The position numbers and the translations under genes were made by a program. Below the pieces are notes generated by a model. That model was not told the origin of the DNA and did not search any database. It saw nothing but the letters and a program-made list of their open reading frames with translations. From an uncultured delta proteobacterium (GTDB taxonomy: Bacteria > Myxococcota > Myxococcia > Myxococcales > Myxococcaceae), in contig CAWCKH010000007.1 in assembly GCA_963796055.1 (NCBI GenBank), positions 1-62,841 on the forward strand: 62,841 nt of DNA, in the 5' to 3' direction. The stretch's first letter is position 1. Each line of letters starts with the position of its first letter. Below, piece by piece: positions 41,096-50,893 of this stretch.

Positions 41096-41556
41096 TCACT
41101 TGCCCTGCTGGGGCGGGAGGTAGGCCAGGTAGAGGTAGGCCGCGGCCGCCTCCTCGTCGCTCAGGTAGGCGAAGATCGGCATGCGCGACACGGGCGTGGC
41201 CATCCCCACCATCGACGTCCAGCCGGGCCGCACCTTGTGCACCACCCCGTCGAGCGACATCTGCGTGGGGAGGTTGGCCAGCGCCGGGACCAGGCCGGAC
41301 ATCATCATGGCGTGTCCACCGCTCATTCCGGTGGCGTCGTGGCAGACGCGGCAACACCTCCTCGGCGTTCAGCGCCAGTTGCCGGGTCAGCTCGGAGTTC
41401 GGCTCGGACCCCGCCGCCTTCATGACGGCCTCGTGCTGGGCTGGCGAGAGGGCTCGCGCCGGACCGATGATCGAGGCGATTGCTGGCGGCTTCCCGGATC
41501 CAGTCAGACCGTGGCAGGATCGACAATTCAGCCGGTAGATGTCCGCGCCTCTGGAC
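41096..41556 (-). pseudogene. Multiheme cytochrome c remnant (5'-truncated, frame broken)
   Basis: GADIYRLNCRSCHG and, in another frame, CRVCHD..RMPIF..LSDEE. Confidence 0.65.
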
Positions 41557-41611
41557 TTAGGGCACTCCCATATTCAGGAGCGCTCATCCGAAGGAGCCGT
41601 TTCTACCGCAG

Positions 41612-42403
41612 CTATCGCGCTGCCGCGGCGACCGTCCGGAACGGGTGCTCCGCCATCGCGACCCGGCGGCCGTTTCGATCCTCGCCCTGCAGCGACAGGA
41701 CGTAGCTGCCGGACGGGAGCAGCGCGCCGTCGAGCACGATGAGGACCGCGTCTCGGGAGCTGGGCGTCACCTCGTCCTCCCAGACCGTCGGGCCACCCTC
41801 GGAGCGGATGCGCACCCAGTAACGCTCGAAGCGGATCGGGACCTCCCGCTCGATCCACAGCGCCACCGGCTGACCGGCGGGCGGCAGCACCACGCTCGGC
41901 ACCTGGCTGCCACGGGTGGTCATCAGCGCCAGGAGCGGCACCCGCGTCCCCGGGCGGGCTGGCGCAGGCTGCGTCGCGACCGGGGCAGGCGGGGCGCGCG
42001 TCGCCTCCGCACGGACGCGGGCAAGCTCGGCCTCGGTCCGGACCAGCACCGCGCGCTCCGCGGCCAGGGCCTGCTCGGCGCTCCGGACGCGCTGGCCCCC
42101 CACCCACACGGCGACCACCAGCGCGGCGGTCGCGATGGCCGCCACGGCCCAGCCCGCACGCGTGGCCCAGCGTGGCCGGCTCCGGCGGGCGGGCTCGGCG
42201 CGGGGGAGAGGCGCCTCCTTCGCTGCCATCACCCGGAACCCCTCCCGGAGCCGGTCCGCCGCCTCGACCCGGTCCTGGCAAGACGGACAGGCGATGAGAT
42301 GGGACTCGAAATCCACGCGCTGCTCCGGGGCGAGCCGACCCGTCGCGTACTCCTCCGGCCAGCTCGCCTCGTGCATGCGATCGGGTTCCATGTCGACTGT
42401 CAT
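41612..42403 (-). CDS. Zinc-finger (zf-HC2) transmembrane anti-sigma factor
   Basis: FESHLIACPSC (HxxxCxxC); TM WAVAAIATAALVVAVWV; ATGA overlap with the sigma gene. Confidence 0.9.
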   Translation of the reverse strand: MTVDMEPDRMHEASWPEEYATGRLAPEQRVDFESHLIACPSCQDRVEAADRLREGFRVMAAKEAPLPRAEPARRSRPRWATRAGWAVAAIATAALVVAVWVGGQRVRSAEQALAAERAVLVRTEAELARVRAEATRAPPAPVATQPAPARPGTRVPLLALMTTRGSQVPSVVLPPAGQPVALWIEREVPIRFERYWVRIRSEGGPTVWEDEVTPSSRDAVLIVLDGALLPSGSYVLSLQGEDRNGRRVAMAEHPFRTVAAAAR

Positions 42404-42981
42404 GTGTCGGGACCCTCGGCACTATCGCGCCTCTCCCAGGCCTCCCGGAAACGTTCACGGGCCCGGTGGAGGATCCGGTTGAGCTGCAGCCGGTCCACGC
42501 CCAGCTCGGCGCAGAGCACGTCCTTGTCCTCCCGACCCAGGTAGAAGCGCCGGAGCACTGCCCGGTCGCGGTCCGTGGAGAGCTCCCCCAGGACGCGGGC
42601 GATGCGCCGGACGTCCTCCTCGCGCTCCAGCCGCTCGACCGCGGACGGAGCGGGGGACTCCATCCGGTCCAGCCCGACCTCGTCCTCCGGGACCGAGCGG
42701 CGCGCCTTCCGGAAGTACTCGATGGCGAGGTTGCGGGCGAGGCCGGCGAGGAAGGCGGGGAGCTGCCCCTCGTCCCGGAGCGCTCCGGCGCGTAGCCGCT
42801 CCAGGCCGATGCGGAAGGTGTCCTGGTGCAGGTCCTCGACCAGCGCTGCCTCGCGGGCGATGTGCCGGAGGATGAGCCGGACGCCACGGCTGTACGTCTG
42901 GACCAGCTCCGACTCCGCGGTGCGGTCACCGGCCCGGATCCGCTGGGCGAGGGTGGCCGGGGATGGGGCGGGCTCGGGCAC
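42400..42981 (-). CDS. ECF sigma-70 factor
   Basis: EDLHQDTF (region 2), LARNLAIEYFRK, region 4 LHRARERFR. Confidence 0.92.
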   Translation of the reverse strand: MPEPAPSPATLAQRIRAGDRTAESELVQTYSRGVRLILRHIAREAALVEDLHQDTFRIGLERLRAGALRDEGQLPAFLAGLARNLAIEYFRKARRSVPEDEVGLDRMESPAPSAVERLEREEDVRRIARVLGELSTDRDRAVLRRFYLGREDKDVLCAELGVDRLQLNRILHRARERFREAWERRDSAEGPDT

Positions 42982-43005
42982 CGAAACCCGAGATTACCAC
43001 GCGCT

Positions 43006-43209
43006 TCACCTCGGGACCGCGGCCGAAGAAGCCAGGCACGAGGGCGCCCTGACCTCGCCACAAGGCGCGCTCGCCCGATCCGTGGTGCTGTCTCGCTCCC
43101 CGCCAATCCGGAGGACGAGGGTCGTCCCGAGCGTGCAGCAGAGGAGCGTGAAGACCAGCCCTTCGACCACACCCCGGACCAGGAACCGTGCCACGACCGA
43201 GACCCTCAT
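43006..43209 (-). CDS. Hypothetical microprotein (67 aa, hydrophobic segment)
   Basis: MRVSVVARFLVRGVVEGLVFTLLCC...; ATGA overlap with the upstream ORF. Confidence 0.45.
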   Translation of the reverse strand: MRVSVVARFLVRGVVEGLVFTLLCCTLGTTLVLRIGGERDSTTDRASAPCGEVRAPSCLASSAAVPR

Positions 43210-43415
43210 TTGAGCAGCTCCAGCTCGGCCTGCGTGAGGCTCGTGTCTTCTCCATCGAAGTCGATGGGCGGCAGCACCCACATCGCACGGGTGGGCTGCG
43301 CCGGGGCCTTGGCTCGACCGCCCTGCCCGAACAGACGCCTGAGGAGCCTCAGAACGAGGAGACCGTGGTTGCCGGATCCGACCGACGCACCGGTGATGAA
43401 GAGGGGAGTGCGCAT
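43206..43415 (-). CDS. Hypothetical microprotein (69 aa)
   Basis: MRTPLF...WVLPPIDFDGEDTSLTQAELELLK*; starts 2 nt after the previous stop, AGGA RBS. Confidence 0.45.
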   Translation of the reverse strand: MRTPLFITGASVGSGNHGLLVLRLLRRLFGQGGRAKAPAQPTRAMWVLPPIDFDGEDTSLTQAELELLK

Positions 43416-43417
43416 GG

Positions 43418-43585
43418 TCAGTCCTGCCAGAGCGGCCACTCGGTCGCCGCGGTCGGAGTTGAGTCCGAGGCCCCGCGTCGCGCGGGAAGGAACGCCGCCA
43501 GGAGCCCGAGGCCGAGGATGAGGAAGACTGCAGCGTACAGCGAGCGGAGTGACCGGGCGTGTCCGCGTTCGACGTCGTTCGACAT
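43418..43585 (-). CDS. Hypothetical single-TM microprotein (55 aa), absent from the ORF track
   Basis: CAGGAG RBS; MSNDVERGHARSLRSLYAAVFLILGLGLLAAFLP...EWPLWQD*. Confidence 0.55.
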   Translation of the reverse strand: MSNDVERGHARSLRSLYAAVFLILGLGLLAAFLPARRGASDSTPTAATEWPLWQD

Positions 43586-43740
43586 GGTGTCTGCTCCTGT
43601 TCGAGAGGCTCAACAGGAGGAGTGTCGATCCGGGACGAGCTATCGCACCGCCGACCGGCCCCGGACCCACACGCCCTCCGGTGGCACATGGACGTCCCGG
43701 CGACGAGGCACGGACCGCGATGGGCCACCGGGGGCGGGCC

Positions 43741-46700
43741 TCAGCGGAGCTCGGCGGGCGTCGTCGAGAACGGTCTCCAGTCCCCCTCGAGCACGAACCC
43801 GGCCCACGCATGCGGCGCGGAGGTCCGCCGCTCTCGCCGCACCGCGCGCTGCGCGGCCCGGAGCGCATCGGCGGGCGGAAGGTGGTGGTCCAGGAGCTCG
43901 GTGTAGAAGCCGGACATCAGCGCTGCCGTCGCGGTGTCGGAGACCTTCCACAGGCTCGCCACCACGCGCGGCGCCCCGGCGTTCATGAACCCGCGGGTGA
44001 GTCCCACCAGCCCTTCGCCACGCACGTCCTTGCCCAGCCCCGTCCGGCACGCCGAGAGCACCACCAGCTCGGCCGAGAGCTTCATCGCCGAGATGTCGGC
44101 GAGCGAGAGAAAACCGTTCTTCGGCGTGCCCGCGGAATCCCGCTCGGAGAGAACGATGCCGGACAGCTCCGGCCGTCGGATGTCGAGAAGAGCGTGGGTG
44201 GCGAAGTGGACGATCCGTGCACGGGCAACTTCCGCACCCATCGCGGTTTCCCGGCTCGCCTCGGCCCCGAACGCAGTGAGAACGCGGTCGCGGGGCAGGT
44301 GCGAGGCGATCGCCAGCGCCTCGCGGCGTGAGCCAGGGAGCGGCTCGAGGTGCCGCAGCCCCGCGTCCTCGAGCGATCGGACGAGGGGCCCGAGCTCACT
44401 CCGCCTGCCATCCCCGACCACCGGATCGGCGAGCACGGCGAGCTCGAGACCGCCCGGGGCGGGCACGCTCGTCGTCCTGAGAGCCGCGAGCACCGACGCA
44501 GACGGCGAGTTCACGACGGTGTAGGTGTCGAGCAGCGCTCGGCCTCGCTCCGGTGAGGGGAGCGCGGCGAAGGGCACCTGCTGGAGCGGTCCGTCGGCCA
44601 CCACCAGGAGCCGCTCTCCCTGGAGGGCTCCCGCCACTGGCCCGAGCACCATCCGCGACAGCGCGGCCGCGGGCCCGGGCGCGTCGTCCGGCGCGAGGGG
44701 ATCGCTCCACCGGCGGACCACGGCCTTGACCGCGTCCTCGATCTGCTTCCTGCCGGGGAGCACGGCCGAGCGGACGCGGGTTCGAGACACCACCCAGACG
44801 AAGCTCCGGTCCCTGCCGACCATGTAGTCGACGAGCGTCGTCGAGGCATCGAGGACCTTCTCCCGAATCTCCGCCAGCGACAGGGGCGCCCCTGGAGCGA
44901 GCGCGGCATAGCGGGGGCTGCTGGCCCGCATCCGGGCCTCGAGCTCCTCTCGCTCGCGGCCGAGCGATTCCAGCTCACGCTCGACGGCGTCCGCTTCCTC
45001 GCTTCGGTGCTCGCGGCCAAGCACCGCGACGAGTGCGCGCCGGGCATGCTCTGCCCGCGCGTCGAGGGCCTTCTCCGCCTCGAGGAGAGAGGGACCGACG
45101 CCGGAGCGCACGTCGACCCGGGCTCCGGTGAGGACGTCCAGGAGCGCCCTGGCCCGCGCCGTCTCGCTCACCTCGAGCGCGGCGACGTCCCAGCCCCGAT
45201 CGGGCTCGCGAGCATGGAGCGCCAGCAGAACCTCGACGAGCAGCTCGTACTTGGGATGGTCCTTGGCGATCCACGCGGACCGGGAGCTGGAGCCCTGGAT
45301 CGATTGCCGCGTCTCCTCGGTGACGCGGACCGCCGCCCGCGTGTGGTCGCGTGCCTCCTCAAGCCGCCCGAGACCCAGCTCCACCGTTGCCAGGTGGTAG
45401 AGGCTGTCCGCCTCCAGCGAGCGGTCGCCGATGGCGTGCAGCTCCGACACGGTCCAGATCAGGCGCGCACGGGCCTGATCGGCCTGTCCGGTCGCGGCCA
45501 GGACGCGGGCCCGGTCGGTCTCGAGGATCGCCGTCGTCCGCCGATCCCCTTCGCCGGAGATGCGGCTGAGCGCCTGGTCGAAGAGCCTGGAGGCCTCGGC
45601 CCAGCGTCGCTCGTCGAGCCGGAGGAGTCCCATGTTCTCCAGGGTGACCGCCGCGAACCTGGCGGCCCGCGTGCGCTCGAGCAGCGGGAGCGCCCGCTGG
45701 AAGGAGGACCACGCAAGATCGCGCCGCCCGAGGCCCTTCCAGGCGATGCCGATCGACAGCTCGGTGATGCCTTCCGCCCGGATGTCACCCAGGGCCCGGA
45801 ACTGCGCGCCGGCCTCCTGGAGATCGCGCAGCCCCCGCTCCGTCTCGCCGAGATCCAGGTACTGGTTGGCGCGGTTCTTCAGGGTGACAGCCTGCACGCT
45901 CCGATCGCCGTCCTTGCGGGCGAGCTCCAGCGCCTCGGTGTACCGGGCGATCGCCTCCGGCTTCCTCCCCAGCATGTTGAGGGCGATGGCCATGCCCGTG
46001 ACGATCCGACCCTCCGCGTACGGCAACGGCCCGAGCTCCCGCCGCAGCGCGAGGGCCTGGGAGTACAGCTCGAGCGCGGCGCGCGGATCTCCCTGTTCCG
46101 CGACCACGAGGCCCAGCTCCTCGAGGCACCTGCTCTCGCCGGCGCGGTCTGCCGCTTCGCGCCACAGCGGGAGTGCCCGCTCGAGCCGGGCATGCGCTTC
46201 CTCGAGGCGGTTCATCTGCTCCAGCAGATACGTCGCCCGGACCAGGGTCGCCGCTTGTTCGAAGGGGTCCTGAATCTGCCCGAACCGGGCCGCGGACCGA
46301 TCGTACAGTTCGAGCGCGCGGGAGTACTGCGCGCTTTCGTTCCGGTCCCCGATCAGGTCTGCCTCGCGCCGCAGGCGCTCGGCCTCGATGCGCGCACGGT
46401 CCGTCTCGTTCGCGGCATGGGCGGGAGCGAGCATGAGCTGGAAGCGACCGCCCCGCGTTCCCTCCCGCAGCACCATCTTGATCCGCTGCGCTCCGGCGCG
46501 CGCGGCAATCCCGGTGAGGGTGACCGGTTCGGTGGAGGCAGACACGCTCTCTTCGCCGAGCTGCGCTCCGTCCGGCCCGGACAATCGCACCGTGAACTCC
46601 AGGTGCGGGTGGTCGATCCGAAGATGGAGGACGGCGCCCTCGGGTGCGTCCACCTCGAATGTCGTCGGTGCGCTGGGACCGACCTCTGCCTGGACGGTCG

Positions 46701-46779
46701 TGCCGAAAGCGAGCGGCGCCTCCGCCATCGCGGGCGGGCCCACGACCAGGGTGACCCAGAGCATGCTCCAGCCCGACAT
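43741..46779 (-). CDS. TPR-CHAT (caspase-like) protease with putative signal peptide
   Basis: Many TPRs; LLVVADGPL, IVHFATH (His), LVVLSAC (Cys), ASLWKV, WAGF. Confidence 0.93.
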   Translation of the reverse strand: MSGWSMLWVTLVVGPPAMAEAPLAFGTTVQAEVGPSAPTTFEVDAPEGAVLHLRIDHPHLEFTVRLSGPDGAQLGEESVSASTEPVTLTGIAARAGAQRIKMVLREGTRGGRFQLMLAPAHAANETDRARIEAERLRREADLIGDRNESAQYSRALELYDRSAARFGQIQDPFEQAATLVRATYLLEQMNRLEEAHARLERALPLWREAADRAGESRCLEELGLVVAEQGDPRAALELYSQALALRRELGPLPYAEGRIVTGMAIALNMLGRKPEAIARYTEALELARKDGDRSVQAVTLKNRANQYLDLGETERGLRDLQEAGAQFRALGDIRAEGITELSIGIAWKGLGRRDLAWSSFQRALPLLERTRAARFAAVTLENMGLLRLDERRWAEASRLFDQALSRISGEGDRRTTAILETDRARVLAATGQADQARARLIWTVSELHAIGDRSLEADSLYHLATVELGLGRLEEARDHTRAAVRVTEETRQSIQGSSSRSAWIAKDHPKYELLVEVLLALHAREPDRGWDVAALEVSETARARALLDVLTGARVDVRSGVGPSLLEAEKALDARAEHARRALVAVLGREHRSEEADAVERELESLGREREELEARMRASSPRYAALAPGAPLSLAEIREKVLDASTTLVDYMVGRDRSFVWVVSRTRVRSAVLPGRKQIEDAVKAVVRRWSDPLAPDDAPGPAAALSRMVLGPVAGALQGERLLVVADGPLQQVPFAALPSPERGRALLDTYTVVNSPSASVLAALRTTSVPAPGGLELAVLADPVVGDGRRSELGPLVRSLEDAGLRHLEPLPGSRREALAIASHLPRDRVLTAFGAEASRETAMGAEVARARIVHFATHALLDIRRPELSGIVLSERDSAGTPKNGFLSLADISAMKLSAELVVLSACRTGLGKDVRGEGLVGLTRGFMNAGAPRVVASLWKVSDTATAALMSGFYTELLDHHLPPADALRAAQRAVRRERRTSAPHAWAGFVLEGDWRPFSTTPAELR

Positions 46780-47281
46780 GCCCGACCTCTCGCTCGAACT
46801 CGACCAGACTACCGGGAGGCGGCGCCCGGCACACCCGTCCCACCCATCGGTCGACCAAAGTCTTTCCGTGGCTGCCCAGGGCGCACCCTCGCCCGACGCG
46901 CTCGATGACCATGGGCTCCTCTCTTGGGGGTGTGCGACGAGCCAGGCGACTATCGCAGCACGTCGACGCGCCGCTCTCGGGCTGCCACAAGAAGTGCGGC
47001 AGATCCCACTGGGTTCCGCGTGAGCCCGGAAGGGGCAACACGGACACGGCCCAGTAGAAACGGTAGGCGGTCTCGAGGGGCACGAGCGCGGTGCAGATCC
47101 AGCCGTGCACGGTGCACTCCGGGTCTCGGCCAGCCGCCTCGCGGGCGAACTGGTAAAGAAAGAGAAACGAACCGACAGGAGTGCCGCCATCGGTTCGTGG
47201 GGCCAACGACCGGATTGGAGCCAAGTGGGTCCCAACACGAATCAAGGTGGAGCGCCGCCGCTGCAACGGGCGGGATTCGTA

Positions 47282-47326
47282 GGGCGACCAACCGGTCTTG
47301 AACCGGTAACCCCCGGAGCCACAGTC
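47282..47326 (-). repeat. tRNA-His(GUG) 3' half, copy 1 (att-like scar)
   Basis: GACTGTGGCTCCGGGGGTTACCGGTTCAAGACCGGTTGGTCGCCC: anticodon loop, T-arm and 3' acceptor strand; no D-arm or 5' strand. Confidence 0.8.
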
Positions 47327-47626
47327 CCGCTTGACGCCGAGGAGTAGAACATCCGGTCATCCGCGATCGCCAGAATGACCTTGTGCATGTCGAAGGCCTG
47401 GCGCGGCGCGGGTTGTCGGGCACCACGGTGAGCAGTGACTCGTCGCGCCGGTCCGCAGGGTCATCGCTCGGCCGCTCCTTGGATCTTCGCGGATACGCCT
47501 CCACCGCGCGCCGAAGGAGAAGTAGTCACCGGCGCCGAAAACGACTGCGCCCACCGCATCCCAACAGGGCCGGGTGGGCGCGAGCGCTGGCGGGAGATTG
47601 CCGGCGCACCAGGTGAACCGAGGGGG

Positions 47627-48073
47627 TCAGTTCACCTTGACGTTGATGCTCTTCGGCTTCGCCTCCGCCCGCTTGGGGACGAAGATGCGCAGCACGCCGT
47701 TCTTGTGCTCGGCGGTCACCTTGTCCGGATCCAGGGTCGGGGGGAGGGTGAAGTTGCGAGCGAACGTGCCGTAGGCGCGCTCGATCCGGTGATACCCCTC
47801 ACGCTTGTCCTCCCGCTCGAGCTTCCGCTCGCCGCGGATGGTCAAGGTACCGTCCTCCAGCCGGACCTCCACGTCCTTCCCGTCCACCTCGGGGAGGTCG
47901 AACTTGAAGGTCACGCCCTCGGTGTCCTCGAAGACATCGACGGCGGGAGTCCAGCCGAACGACTCGGTGTTCCGGGTGACGCCCAGGCTGTTCTCGAACA
48001 GCCGGTTCACTTCATCCTGCATCCGTGCGTAATCACGCGCCGGGTTCCAACGCTGAATGGTGCTCATGTTCAT
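47627..48073 (-). CDS. Hsp20/alpha-crystallin small heat-shock protein
   Basis: WTPAVDVFE, LTIRGERK, RIERAYGTFARNFTLP, NGVL. Confidence 0.95.
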   Translation of the reverse strand: MNMSTIQRWNPARDYARMQDEVNRLFENSLGVTRNTESFGWTPAVDVFEDTEGVTFKFDLPEVDGKDVEVRLEDGTLTIRGERKLEREDKREGYHRIERAYGTFARNFTLPPTLDPDKVTAEHKNGVLRIFVPKRAEAKPKSINVKVN

Positions 48074-48099
48074 GCTCCTGTTCCTTCCAAAGCGGAGTT

Positions 48100-48127
48100 A
48101 ACATAAGGCGGCGATCGGACCCGTCAA
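48100..48127 (-). promoter_or_regulatory. Putative sigma-70-family promoter of hsp20
   Basis: TTGACG-N16-TATGTT. Confidence 0.5.
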
Positions 48128-48239
48128 GGCGATCAGGAACTCGCGGATCAGCCACGTCGGTCGCGCACTTCTTGCGCGACAGCGCGACGACGATCAGTGC
48201 CACCGTGGCCGTCACCCACCGTCCGGGGGGCGGGTGGCC

Positions 48240-48412
48240 GGTCGCGAGCTGGCTCGATGGGCGCAGGCACATCGCGTCGATGAGGGCCCGGTATTTCTGC
48301 TCGACGAAGCGGCGCTTGATCTTGTGGGTGGGGGTCAGCTCGCCACCCTCCTGGGTGAACTCCCGGGGCACAAGCGTGAACCGTTTGATCGGCTCGTAGC
48401 CCGCGAGGCCCT
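48240..48412 (-). repeat. 173-bp direct copy of the acyl-CoA ligase 3' end (54670..54842)
   Basis: Manual alignment: 9 mismatches, no indels. Confidence 0.95.
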
Positions 48413-48518
48413 GCGTCTGCCGGGATCGCTGTTGGCACTGCCCATCGCCTCGGCGGCCGCGGTGGCATTCTGCGATTCTCCCGACTGCCGGGGACGACCT
48501 GACGCTCAGTGCGCAGCT

Positions 48519-48740
48519 TCAGCAGCAGGCCCTGCCCTTCCAGGCCTCCCGCCCCTCGCGCCCGATCAAGAGCAATCACCAGCGCGGCGACGGGGTCCGC
48601 CCACCACCAGCCCAGGACTCCGTTGAGCCCGACGCCCACCAGCGCGGCGACGGAGAGCCACCAGCACGCGGTAGTCTGGAACGCGTCCGCTTCGAGGGCC
48701 TCGCTTCCTAGCTCACGGGCGAGGCTTGGCACGGAGCGCC
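48519..48740 (-). pseudogene. 3' fragment of a cation-efflux (CDF-like) transporter
   Basis: LGSEALEADAFQTTAC..GLNGVLGWWWADPVAAL..EGREAW. Confidence 0.75.
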
Positions 48741-48823
48741 AACTCCCTCAATCTTCCCTCAATCGGCTTCGCGGTGATGACAGCTTCGGCGGCGCTCGAG
48801 TAGGCAAAGCGTGCCGGCGAGGA

Positions 48824-49321
48824 CTACTGGGGAGACTTCGTATCGGGGGCTCGTCGCATTGAAGCACGCGGCCCAAAGAGAAAAGCGCCCAAGGCCACTG
48901 TTGCCGCCGCAACCGGCAAGGCGAAGGCCGCGTTTCGAGGAATCCTGCCGACGTACGTCCCCAAGATCATGAGCCAGATTGTGGTCGCGCCCAGCCAGGC
49001 CGATAGGCGGCGTGGTTGCGCGCCGGCGAGCACCGCAAAGCTTGCGACGTAGAAGGCCACTCCTACGAGGGCGGTCAAGAACGGGCCACCACGCCGTTCG
49101 ATGTTCTCACCCGCAGTTGCGACGGTTAGCCATGCCACGAACCCGAAATGGATCGTAAAAGAGAGAATGAATACCTCGAAAAGTCTCAGCGGCGCTCGCG
49201 GCTCGCGCCCGCGGTAGGCCTCAACTGCGAAACCGCCGAGCGCAAGTGAGTAGAGAGCGACTGATACCTGCGCCGTAGTTCGTACCCACAGCGCGATCTG
49301 TGAAGGTTCCACGCTGCCCAT
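48824..49321 (-). CDS. Hypothetical membrane protein (about 5 TM); lower GC
   Basis: Multiple hydrophobic helices. Confidence 0.6.
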   Translation of the reverse strand: MGSVEPSQIALWVRTTAQVSVALYSLALGGFAVEAYRGREPRAPLRLFEVFILSFTIHFGFVAWLTVATAGENIERRGGPFLTALVGVAFYVASFAVLAGAQPRRLSAWLGATTIWLMILGTYVGRIPRNAAFALPVAAATVALGAFLFGPRASMRRAPDTKSPQ

Positions 49322-49389
49322 CCTACTCTGCACGCGGCCGCGGCCTCTACGGCGCCTGCCTGTGAAGGAACTCTCAAACGCTGTCGATG

Positions 49390-49568
49390 CACCGGCGTCG
49401 CGGCTCCATCCCGACCGGTTGCTGCGGGCCATCCGGAAGGCGATCGGATGCAAGGCCGGCGCGACGCGAATCGCGGCCGCATTCTCCGCAACGAGACCAC
49501 GCTCCGCCGCCGACGCGCTCGACGAGCTGCTCTCTGCCGCCCAGCGCGGAAGGAGGCCGGCGGCGTGA
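49390..49568 (+). pseudogene. 3' fragment of a family-1 glycosyltransferase-like gene
   Basis: PASRLHPDRL..AIRKAI..AGATRIAAAF...AADALDELL C-terminal pattern. Confidence 0.45.
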
Positions 49569-49787
49569 GAACATCGCTGGCACGAGGCGACGACTCGCGA
49601 GCGCGGGTTTGCTCGGCGCGTTGGAGCACAGTCATCGTCCGGCCCTTTGCGCTGACGTCGGTTTCCGCGCCCGCCGGGGCGCTGCGGTCAGCGCGCACAC
49701 GCTCTGACTGCCCACGCAGGCTCACAAGCGGAATGTGCGACCGGACGGGGCACCTGCCTGTCGGGAGCATCGGCTCGAGGAGCAGAG

Positions 49788-49991
49788 ATGTCGATCAACC
49801 GGAAAGACGCAGTTCTTGGCATGACGGTGATCCTGAGCGACGGCTCGAGGCTGGGGCGTGTCGTCCAGACCTCCGGAGAGCGCCTCGAGGTCCAGCAGGG
49901 CCTCGTCCTCCTCCGCCTGCGCCTGAGCCGCGATGGCTTGAGCGTGAACGAGCCAGGCGCGGAGGAGCGCCCTGTCTCGATCGCCTCGTAG
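49788..49991 (+). CDS. Small PRC-barrel-like protein, possibly truncated
   Basis: GAGGAG RBS; GMTVILSDGSRLGRV. Confidence 0.5.
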   Translation: MSINRKDAVLGMTVILSDGSRLGRVVQTSGERLEVQQGLVLLRLRLSRDGLSVNEPGAEERPVSIAS

Positions 49992-50608
49992 ACAGGCCTT
50001 CGTCGCAGCGTCATCGAGCGTCAGGTCTCCTGCGCCCGGAAGGGGTCTTCTGCCTCGTTCAGCTTTCTAGAGAGGGCGCGCCGCCGCCTGATCTCGCCAA
50101 TCTGGGTCGAGGGCCTTCCATTCGTCCTCGATTCAGGAATCTCCTGACTCAAGAGCTCGTTTTCTTCGGTTGCTTGACTTTCCTCGCCAAGAGGTCGCCC
50201 TGTAGTGCCAGACCAGGGGATCCAGTCTGTCCCGGTGCACCCTGATGGTCTGAGGGCTGCCCTTCCAGTCATCGCCGGAAATGACCATCAGCTTCCAGCG
50301 CTCCCGGGAGATCAAGCGAGGCGTGCCCTCGTTGCCTTCCGGCTGCGCCAGCCTTGTTGCGGCCTACTGATGGAAACGGTTCGCCGGCATTCCCACACAG
50401 AGGAATCGGCGCGCGCTTTCTTGTGCAACTCCCCGCGCTTGGCTGCCGCCCTCCTCGCCTGAACTCTTTTCGCCCAAGCGCCAGACCCTTGGCTCTTCGT
50501 CGGGCCGATTCCTTAGAGCGGGAATCCTCGGGATTTGGGCAGAGAAAGTTGAAGGGGCGTACGGTGAAGGAAGTCCGCGGCATCTCCGCCCCGGCCGGAA
50601 GGCCCGAC

Positions 50609-50845
50609 ATGAAGACCCTCCCTGAAGGCTCGAGAGTGGTGCGCTGCATGCGCTGCCGCGATCCCATCTACCAACCCATCGGTGTCGACGGTCAGAGCGC
50701 GACCCACTGCGCTCGGTGCGCGCCGACGCCCGCCAGCCGTGAGAACCGCATCGATCGAATTCGCGCCGCCGCACTGGCTGCGCAGGCCGCGCGAATGCGG
50801 GCTCCGCTTCCCTTGCCGAATCGCTCAGGCCGACGGCACGTCTGA
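50609..50845 (+). CDS. Small putative zinc-ribbon protein
   Basis: CMRC...CARC; GGAAGG RBS. Confidence 0.45.
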   Translation: MKTLPEGSRVVRCMRCRDPIYQPIGVDGQSATHCARCAPTPASRENRIDRIRAAALAAQAARMRAPLPLPNRSGRRHV

Positions 50846-50893
50846 GCGTCGGGAAGTCGGGGCAGCCCTATTCAGCACCGGGGAAGCGGGCGG

